A stretch of 64,000 bases of DNA, from positions 51,297 to 115,296 of the forward strand of contig JAXMHM010000027.1 in assembly GCA_046346755.1 (NCBI GenBank), written 5' to 3'. Of this stretch, positions 10,301 to 15,749 are shown one piece after another. Numbering within the stretch: position 1 is the first letter of the stretch; every line of letters starts with the position of its first letter. A program made the translations under genes and the position numbers. The notes under the pieces are model-generated. The model made no database searches, was not told the origin of the DNA, and worked only from the letters and a program-made list of their open reading frames with translations. This DNA comes from Opitutaceae bacterium (GTDB lineage Bacteria > Verrucomicrobiota > Verrucomicrobiia > Opitutales > Opitutaceae).

Positions 10301-11623
10301 GGCCTTGACCTCCGCTCCGCGCAGGAGTCGGTTGACGGTGTGGGAAGGCAGATCGCTGGGAAACTGGGCGCACAGGAGGGCGACCGCCCCGCTGACGTGG
10401 GCGGCGGCAAAGGAGCTGCCCGAAACCGTGGCCAGGGGCGTCTCCGCACTCATGCCCAGGGTTCGGATGGCGACACCCGGGGCCGCCAGGTCGACATTGC
10501 CGCTTCCGTAGTTACTATTCAAAGACAATTGGTCATTGCGAGTTGACGCGGCCACGGCCACCACGTTTTCAATCAGGTGGCTCGCCGGATAGACCGGGAA
10601 AAGCGCGTTGTCGAACCCACCATTGCCGGCCGAGGCCACCACCAGGACACCGGCGTCGCGCAGCCGCTGGATCACCTCGAATTCAGCCTGCGAGTATTCG
10701 CTGAAGCCATAACTGGCGTTGATGACCTTCGCCCCCTTGGAGAGCGCATAGTGCATGCACTCGATGGCATCGGACACCGTGCCGGTGGTCGCCGAAGCCC
10801 GGAATTTCAGGGGCATAAGGCTCGCTTTCCAGGAGACCCCGGCCACTCCCAGGTTGTTGTTGCCCACGGCCCCGATGATGCCTGCCACCGCCGTGCCATG
10901 TCCCTCTCCTTGCGTCTCATTCGGATCGCCACTGCCGGGCTGGCCTTGCGGCACGAGGGCATTGATCCCGTGCACGTCGTCGATGTAGCCATTGCCATCA
11001 TCGTCCACCCCGTTGGTCTCCTTGCCGTTGCCGGATTCGCCTGGATTCGTCCACAGGTTCGCGGCGAGGTCGGGGTGGGCAAGATAAGCGCCTGAGTCAA
11101 TGATCGCCACAACCACCGACGACGAATCCGTTCGAACATCCCACGTCTCGGGGCCATCGATGTCGGCATCAAATCCTCCCTGATTCTGGCCGAGGTTGCT
11201 CAGCGCCCATTGCGCGCCCGAGCTGAACTCGGGGTCGTTCGGCACCCGGTGCGCGACGGTGAGTTGGTCCTTTTCGACGTAGGCGTAGCGTCCCGACGCA
11301 CGCAGGCGCTGGACAAAGGCCTCTGGAGACTCCCCTTCCGGCACCCGGATCACCTGCAACCCGCCGAATTGTTCATACTGACGCACCACGGCAAGGGCGC
11401 CCAGCCCGTCAACCCGCATGGCCCGGGACGGGGGGACTTCGCCACTCCGCGGCCGCGCCAGGACGACGGACGGTTGGTAATCCATGGTGCGACGAACCGG
11501 CTTTGCCGCGTGGTCGGGCGGGCGGCTCCATTCCCGCAGATCGCCCTCGCCCTGAGCGAGGACGGCGCACGCACCGAGGCTAAAGCAAAGAAAGCCAACA
11601 AATCGCATAAGCAAAAGCTTCAA
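7388..11623 (-). CDS. secreted multidomain S8 (subtilisin-family) serine protease, 1411 aa
   Basis: Signal peptide, propeptide-like region and an S8 domain with triad contexts AIIDSG (D176), HGTAVAG (H242) and SGSSFAAAH (S404). These are followed by two NDxF...GEP...SVWYxW-type beta-sandwich domains and PQQ/BamB-like propeller repeats (DGT.Y.. x about 8). Next come an Ig-like domain (LRYQWRNNG...GVYTVVV) and two C-terminal repeats. Confidence 0.9.
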   Translation of the reverse strand: MKLLLMRFVGFLCFSLGACAVLAQGEGDLREWSRPPDHAAKPVRRTMDYQPSVVLARPRSGEVPPSRAMRVDGLGALAVVRQYEQFGGLQVIRVPEGESPEAFVQRLRASGRYAYVEKDQLTVAHRVPNDPEFSSGAQWALSNLGQNQGGFDADIDGPETWDVRTDSSSVVVAIIDSGAYLAHPDLAANLWTNPGESGNGKETNGVDDDGNGYIDDVHGINALVPQGQPGSGDPNETQGEGHGTAVAGIIGAVGNNNLGVAGVSWKASLMPLKFRASATTGTVSDAIECMHYALSKGAKVINASYGFSEYSQAEFEVIQRLRDAGVLVVASAGNGGFDNALFPVYPASHLIENVVAVAASTRNDQLSLNSNYGSGNVDLAAPGVAIRTLGMSAETPLATVSGSSFAAAHVSGAVALLCAQFPSDLPSHTVNRLLRGAEVKAALQTLVHTGGRLNVSRALDATTRPFNDGTSEAGILWGSYVSARGSTFGALRQSNEPQHAAPSEGGGSVWWVWNAPDTATYRIDTLGSAVDTRLAVYTGNNIAALTQVAANDNDGDLVTSQVTINAIKGTTYAIAVESRTAPGGLVILNLTIPLTNDSFSSAAVVSGLSFRVAGNSRGASPESGEPVVVETASGRSVWYKWVAPKSRRFQASIYSDDMDSVLGVYSGTSLKTLVELDSDDDAQGVIYDPMVTFDAIEGRTYYFLVDSVGPGGNFIFSLIDSEWQSVVYGPVYSSPVAHPGGGALFVDYFGGVAAVNALGEMLWSDILFGYGTYASAAAAPDGTLIVVDSAGRVESITADGAVKWSYTVTGAVEGSPAIGPDGTIYARGTNGPLHAINPDGTRKWLVGLFGESYTSPTVARDGTVYIASTDRILRAYTPAGVVKWTLDVGGEVYTSPAIDNSGVLYLGTLTGRFVAVNPDGTLKWQYALEAGTSSSPALGENGTVYFGTYDGKVVALNPDGTLRWATKVAAEIRTSSPAVASDGSIYIGTLDGTLVALNSDGTLRRTYYTAQQVRSSPLIHGGMLYFGGGDFRLYAIRLDLDEASSAWPMFRHNSRRTGSPVDRPLRFSLQPRPARVSAGGSVTLATAAAGADTLRYQWRNNGVPIPGATSSTLVLNNLQSSQSGVYTVVVTDSTGSLSSEGATVIVDGAPLPAGNASRLANLSVRSSAGQGDRTLIVGFSVQQGPKSLLIRGIGPALAAFGVPGTVPNPRLEVIGSSSQVLDRNDNWLVADAARFLSVGAFALPPGSKDAALVTPVFPGAYSAKLDTAEPGVALVELYDLDPPTSDGGPRLVNVSARSQVGTGGEVLIAGFVIVGDGPRRILVRAVGPTLGTFGVAGVLADPTLELYRGDEKVATNDNWDTDDGRGAGAFPLAAGSKDAVIVRTLQPGAYSAKVSGVGETTGVALIEVYEW
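7391..8152 (-). repeat. tandem duplication of a 122-132 aa C-terminal domain inside the S8 protease gene
   Basis: Residues 1158-1289 and 1290-1411 align: RLxNxSxRSxxGxG...LIxGFxx...LxRxxGPxLxxFGVxG...P.LE...NDNW...GSKDA...PGAYSAK...GVALxExY. Confidence 0.7.
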
Positions 11624-11714
11624 TCGTGCAGGAAAGCCCGCGCAAGCTCGTAAACGACTGCAACTCAGCGTTCATCAACGCCGTCCACGGGGTGACCTCT
11701 CCTGCCTCGCGAGG

Positions 11715-12620
11715 TCAGGTCTGCGCTCGCACTCGATGGCGGGTTCGAAACACGCACCGGGAGCGCAAGGACTCCAGTCCAGGATGCTCGACTCCGCGGC
11801 CGGTGAAACGCACCAATCCAAACCGAACCGCCACCCCCACCAGCTGACCTCGATGCTGAAGTCCCAGCTTGAGGTGCAGCCGCTTTCGGTAGGCGTGCAC
11901 CGCCTGCGCGCTCAAGCCGATCCGATCAGCGGCCGCCTCGTCGTCGCAGCCTTCTCCGAGGATGGCCATGACGTACAGTTCAACCGGGCTGAGCAGTTTG
12001 GGCACGTGGGAGAGCGGCCCCTGGCCGTGGAGCACGTCGAGGCAGGAACCACTCCAATATGCACCCCCGCATCCAACCTGCCGGATGGCCTCCACCAGCC
12101 GGGCCACCCCATCGACCTGGGTATCGATTGCGCCGTGCGCCCCGAGCGTGCGCAGCGTGTGGATAACCATGGGAGCCGCCTGTTCGACCACCACGAGGAG
12201 GCGTTTACAGCGACCGAGCCGCCGGGACTGAGCCAGCAGATCAAGGACGTCGCCGTCCGCCAGGCTCGGCGAGGCCACCACCAAGTCCACTTCGGAGGTG
12301 GACAAACGCCGGCGCAGGCCCGCCACCTCGGTTTCCCGCCAAGACACCGCATGCGAGACACAGCTCAGCAGCGCCCGTTGCACCGCATCCGCCGCCAGGT
12401 GGTCGCTCACCGCAACCCCGACCGTGTGCACATGACTCAAGGTGGCCGGATCGCAGCACTCCGACTCCGATGGCAAGGGCGCCAGCAAGACTTCAGAGTT
12501 GGCATCCCGCTCGGACTCCAATCGAGGCCCAATTCCCCGCACTCCCGTTTCACGCGCGGCTTCAAAGGCGCGGTTTCCGTCTCTTTCACGCTCGGTTGAT
12601 CGCGGGAATGTGAGTGGCAT
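11715..12620 (-). CDS. LuxR/FixJ-type transcriptional regulator with a degenerate (pseudo-)receiver domain
   Basis: C-terminal LuxR HTH (LSPVELYVMAILGEGCDDEAAADRIGLSAQAVHAYRKRLHLKLG). The receiver-like region lacks the phospho-acceptor Asp (DLVVASPSL). The start is uncertain: the N-terminal ~60 aa is low complexity with no internal Met. Confidence 0.75.
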   Translation of the reverse strand: MPLTFPRSTERERDGNRAFEAARETGVRGIGPRLESERDANSEVLLAPLPSESECCDPATLSHVHTVGVAVSDHLAADAVQRALLSCVSHAVSWRETEVAGLRRRLSTSEVDLVVASPSLADGDVLDLLAQSRRLGRCKRLLVVVEQAAPMVIHTLRTLGAHGAIDTQVDGVARLVEAIRQVGCGGAYWSGSCLDVLHGQGPLSHVPKLLSPVELYVMAILGEGCDDEAAADRIGLSAQAVHAYRKRLHLKLGLQHRGQLVGVAVRFGLVRFTGRGVEHPGLESLRSRCVFRTRHRVRAQT

Positions 12621-12648
12621 GCGTTATTTGCCATATCATTGCGTTATT
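12621..12648. promoter_or_regulatory. direct repeat GCGTTATT-N12-GCGTTATT abutting the annotated LuxR start codon
   Basis: Exact 8-bp direct repeat at 12621-12628 and 12641-12648 (20-bp period) in a locally AT-rich patch. Confidence 0.3.
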
Positions 12649-12788
12649 CAAGCAAGGTCATTTCGCGTGGTTTTCCCTTTTTCCCGACCCTACGGGATCC
12701 CGGGAAATTGAGTCAGGGTTGGTCTCGTGGCCGTTCCCGCCCACCGGAGGAGTCCGGAACGAGTCTTTGCCGGCCTTTCGAACCCAGT

Positions 12789-12932
12789 CTAGAAGAGACG
12801 GGAGATCGATTCCTTGATCGCCGGCCAGTGGGTGAAAACGAGGTGGGTCGCATACCAGCCTGCCAAACCCGCGACAAGCCAGACCCAGGGGATCGCGCGC
12901 ATCAGGGAACGCAACGAGGAGAGGAAGTTCAT
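12789..12932 (-). CDS. 47-aa single-pass membrane peptide (candidate immunity/accessory protein)
   Basis: Hand translation: MNFLSSLRSLMRAIPWVWLVAGLAGWYATHLVFTHWPAIKESISRLF. It has one clear TM helix and lies directly downstream of the peptide pair. No SD sequence, and it follows a strong hairpin, so coding status is uncertain. Confidence 0.3.
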   Translation of the reverse strand: MNFLSSLRSLMRAIPWVWLVAGLAGWYATHLVFTHWPAIKESISRLF

Positions 12933-12943
12933 CGGCACGGGGT

Positions 12944-12972
12944 GCGCGGACGGCCGAGATCGCCGTCCGCGC
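12944..12972 (-). terminator. perfect 11-bp GC stem-loop between peptide B and the small membrane ORF (attenuator/stabiliser-type; no U-tract)
   Basis: GCGCGGACGGC-N7-GCCGTCCGCGC, starting 9 nt after the peptide B stop codon. Confidence 0.45.
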
Positions 12973-12980
12973 GACGAGGG

Positions 12981-13160
12981 TTAGTCCTTGAGTGCATAGG
13001 CCGCCGCCTCGAAGAGCGCCACCGTCCCGGCCAGGGGACCGAAGGCGACGTTCTCCAAGACGGACTTGCAGTAGGCCCCGATGAATTGTCCGAGATCGAC
13101 CACGGCGGATTCTCCTCCGGCCTGGACGAGTGCAAGGTCTGCAGCGGCGAGGTGTTTCAT
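12981..13160 (-). CDS. double-glycine-leader peptide B, 59 aa (bacteriocin/pheromone-like precursor)
   Basis: Not in the ORF track (<60 aa); hand translated as MKHLAAADLALVQAGG/ESAVVDLGQFIGAYCKSVLENVAFGPLAGTVALFEAAAYALKD. GAGGAA lies 7 nt upstream of the ATG. Two GxxxG motifs are present. Confidence 0.6.
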   Translation of the reverse strand: MKHLAAADLALVQAGGESAVVDLGQFIGAYCKSVLENVAFGPLAGTVALFEAAAYALKD

Positions 13161-13175
13161 GGGTGATTCCTCGCG

Positions 13176-13352
13176 TCAGACATTATTCCAGCCGTCCGCC
13201 ACCGCGTCTTTGAACTGACCCCAGTTGTCGTAGACGTTTTTGGCCACGTAGCCAAACGAGGCGATCGCCACCGAGATGAGGATCGCGGTGCCGCTGATCG
13301 GTTCAACGCCGCCCTGAATCGAGGCGGCTTCCTGCTGTGTCATGGTTTTCAT
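13176..13352 (-). CDS. double-glycine-leader peptide A, 58 aa (bacteriocin/pheromone-like precursor)
   Basis: Internal ATG of ORF 13176..13436: MKTMTQQEAASIQGG/VEPISGTAILISVAIASFGYVAKNVYDNWGQFKDAVADGWNNV. E at -8, I at -4, GG at -2/-1. The longer ORF-track N-terminus is Arg-rich and implausible. Confidence 0.65.
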   Translation of the reverse strand: MKTMTQQEAASIQGGVEPISGTAILISVAIASFGYVAKNVYDNWGQFKDAVADGWNNV

Positions 13353-13666
13353 ACTGTGTTCTGCTGTTGGGATGGCCCGCAGTCGCCGGTCGACCACTGC
13401 GGTCGTCCGATTGCGGGAAGGGGGGAACGGCGCCACCCAAGCGGCGCACCTCGGTGTACTTCGAAGGGAAACGCATTCGGCGTCGGCTGCGGTGACCCGA
13501 GGGTTGGTTCATGGGTTCAGGCATGAGGGGGGAGACAGGAGGCCGAAAGGCGGGGATTGTCCCAATTTATGGCCCCTTCTGCCCTTTTTAGGGCCAGGCC
13601 TTCACGGCCCGACACGTCCGATTGTCGCTTGGCCTTTTTACGGACGTCACCCAGGTTGGAGGATCT

Positions 13667-14323
13667 ATGCCCAGCGAGTCCTTTCAGATTCCCATCGCCT
13701 TCGATCTCGGCGCCACGGTCACCTTTGCGGTGACCGGTGCGATGGCCGCCCGGCGACGCGGTTACGACATCGTGGGCCTCTTCTTCCTCGCGCTCGCTTC
13801 CGGGCTCGGAGGGGGTCTGATCCGAGATGGTCTGTTTATCCAACAGGGTCCTCCGGCCTTGATGACGGATGGACGATACCTATGGGCCGTGCTGGTCGGC
13901 GGCGCCGCCGGGGTCCTCCTCGGTGAGCGACTCACCCGTCTGGCCCGCGCCATCGCCCTCATCGACGCGGTGGGCCTGGGAGCCTACGCCGTCGTGGGTG
14001 TGCAGAAATCCCTCGCCGCCGGACTCGCCGTTCCCGCCGCCATCCTGGTGGGCGTGATCAATGCCGCGGGGGGTGGAGTGCTGCGCGATGTGCTCACACG
14101 CGAGGAGCCCCTGGTGTTCAAACCGGGTCAGTTCTACGTGCTCATCGCCCTGGCCGGAGCGATCGTCTTTGTGGTGCTCTGTCAGCAAACCTACCTGACG
14201 ACCACCGCCGCCGCGCTCATCGCGATTGCCCTGACGTTTCTCCTGCGCACCCTGACCATTGTCTTCAACTGGAAGACGAACGCCCTCGACGCCCCACCTC
14301 CCTCCCCTCGTCCCCCGACCTGA
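13667..14323 (+). CDS. trimeric intracellular cation channel (TRIC/UPF0126, YadS-like) family membrane protein
   Basis: Two UPF0126 repeats with glycine-rich motifs (ASGLGGGLIRD and NAAGGGVLRD). Start set at the ATG at 13667. Confidence 0.85.
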   Translation: MPSESFQIPIAFDLGATVTFAVTGAMAARRRGYDIVGLFFLALASGLGGGLIRDGLFIQQGPPALMTDGRYLWAVLVGGAAGVLLGERLTRLARAIALIDAVGLGAYAVVGVQKSLAAGLAVPAAILVGVINAAGGGVLRDVLTREEPLVFKPGQFYVLIALAGAIVFVVLCQQTYLTTTAAALIAIALTFLLRTLTIVFNWKTNALDAPPPSPRPPT

Positions 14324-14341
14324 GTGGATGCGCCGCCCAGG

Positions 14342-15406
14342 TCAGGCGGCGGGCCGAGAGAGGGTTGCGCCGTCCAAGGCCAGCCCCCTCCTCAACGCCG
14401 CGGAAAACGTATCAGCATCGACGTTACCGCCACCCACCAGGACCACCGTGCGCCGGCCGGCAAGCAGGTCACAGCGGCCGGAAAGCACCGCGGCCAGGCC
14501 GGCCGCTCCGGCCCCTTCCACCACGGCGCGTTGGCCTTCAAACAGGCGCAGCATGGCTCGGGCGATTTCGTCCTCGGTGACCGTCACCACGGCGTCCACC
14601 TTGCCCTGCAGGACGCGAAATGAATGCTCCCCCACCCGCGCCACCGCCAGACCATCGGCGAGGGTGGGTGTCACGGTGACCGACTCGGGCGTTCCCGCCT
14701 GCCAGGCCCGCGTCAGCGAGGGCGCGCGCTCAGGCTCCACACCGATCACCCGCACCTGGGGAGCAAGCGCGCGCATGACCGTCGCCACCCCGGCCAGCAG
14801 GCCTCCACCCCCCACCGGGACCACGATGGCTTCCAGATCCGGCACCTGCTCCAGCACCTCCAACGCGACGGTCCCCTGACCCGCCATCACCTCCACATCG
14901 TCAAACGGATGCACCCACCGAGCCCCGCTTCCGCGCGCAAGAGCGAGGGCCGCCCCCGTCGCCTCGGCAAACGTCTCCCCCGCCAGCACCACGTCCGCAC
15001 CCAGCGCGCGGCAGCGTTGCACCTTCACCCGGGCCGCCGTCGTCGCCATGACCAGGGTCACCGGCACGCCCAGCGCCTTGCCATGATACGCCAGCCCAAG
15101 CGCGTGATTGCCCGCCGACGCCGCCACCACCCCCCGGGCCCGATCGGCGAGTGAGAGGCGCTCCAAGGCATGCCGCGCACCTCGCTCCTTGAAGCTCCCC
15201 GTGATCTGCAGGTCGTCGCGCTTGAGCCAGAGCGCACCGTCCGTGGGCGGGATCAGCCCCGAAGCAGCCTGACAAGGGGTGACGCGCAGGGCGCCGGCGA
15301 TCCGATGTCGCGCCGCCCGCACGTCCTCCACGCAAAGACAGGCCGGGCCAGTCGGAGGAGTCGCCGCGGGGGCGGCGGGGGATTCGGGAACAGAGGTCTG
15401 GTTCAT
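14342..15406 (-). CDS. ilvA: threonine ammonia-lyase (threonine dehydratase), short form without obvious ACT-like regulatory domain
   Basis: PLP-dependent beta-family motifs (SFKERGA, AASAGNHA, GGGGL). Start moved to the ATG at 15406, because the ORF-track start (15457) lies inside the terminator hairpin. Confidence 0.85.
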   Translation of the reverse strand: MNQTSVPESPAAPAATPPTGPACLCVEDVRAARHRIAGALRVTPCQAASGLIPPTDGALWLKRDDLQITGSFKERGARHALERLSLADRARGVVAASAGNHALGLAYHGKALGVPVTLVMATTAARVKVQRCRALGADVVLAGETFAEATGAALALARGSGARWVHPFDDVEVMAGQGTVALEVLEQVPDLEAIVVPVGGGGLLAGVATVMRALAPQVRVIGVEPERAPSLTRAWQAGTPESVTVTPTLADGLAVARVGEHSFRVLQGKVDAVVTVTEDEIARAMLRLFEGQRAVVEGAGAAGLAAVLSGRCDLLAGRRTVVLVGGGNVDADTFSAALRRGLALDGATLSRPAA

Positions 15407-15436
15407 GGGAGGAGCGAACCCGACCGGAGACGGCAC

Positions 15437-15467
15437 AAAAAAACCCACGGCCGTCACCGGCCGTGGG
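15437..15467 (-). terminator. intrinsic terminator of a leader-peptide attenuator
   Basis: Minus strand: CCCACGGCCG-GTGA-CGGCCGTGGG followed by TTTTTTT. It lies 30 nt upstream of the ilvA ATG and 32 nt downstream of the leader ORF stop. Confidence 0.8.
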
Positions 15468-15499
15468 TTGTGAGTGGAAAGTCGTTTGAAGAACGCCTC

Positions 15500-15553
15500 T
15501 CAACACGCCCGCACGCCGGCGCGAGGAATGATAATAATCATCATCATGCCCAT
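15500..15553 (-). CDS. 17-codon Ile-rich leader peptide MGMMMIIIIPRAGVRAC
   Basis: Hand translation: ATG GGC ATG ATG ATG ATT ATT ATC ATT CCT CGC GCC GGC GTG CGG GCG TGT TGA. Four consecutive Ile codons sit immediately upstream of the terminator and the Ile-pathway enzyme. Confidence 0.6.
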   Translation of the reverse strand: MGMMMIIIIPRAGVRAC

Positions 15554-15749
15554 GGCGGCGGGAATTCGGGTGGAGACGGACAACATCGACCCGTACAAGG
15601 TCGAAAACACCGCCCCCCGTCAAGTCCGGAGACGGGCCCGACCCGATCGGACCCCTGACCTTGAACAGGTTGCCACTGTGCACAAGCGGACGGGTCCACG
15701 GTTTTGAGCGTTGCCCACCGGGGTGGCTGGCTCAGGCTCGGCACCCATT

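Noticed and set aside
7388-13352. Lanthipeptide (LanP-type) interpretation of the S8 protease next to the peptides.
   Set aside because: No LanB/LanC/LanM-like genes are in the window. Peptide A has no Cys and peptide B has only one, so the cores are not lanthipeptide-like.
13353-13436. N-terminal extension of ORF 13176..13436 (MAPFPPSRNRTTAVVDRRLRAIPTAEHS...).
   Set aside because: It is Arg-rich and unlike any leader or signal sequence. The internal ATG at 13352 yields a canonical 15-aa double-glycine leader.
15407-15457. Six-frame start of the threonine ammonia-lyase ORF at 15457 (MTAVGFFVPSPVGFAPP).
   Set aside because: This start codon lies in the loop of the terminator hairpin. The first codons would translate the stem and the U-tract (GFFV). 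The ATG at 15406 is the plausible start.
15474-15707. + strand reading of the same A/T-rich patch, which gives MIIIIIMPMAAG... upstream of the POT transporter gene.
   Set aside because: On the + strand the frame runs on for about 60 codons with no terminator or alternative hairpins before the transporter gene, and a peptide transporter has no link to Ile supply. The minus-strand reading has a stop codon, a perfect terminator and a cognate Ile-pathway gene.
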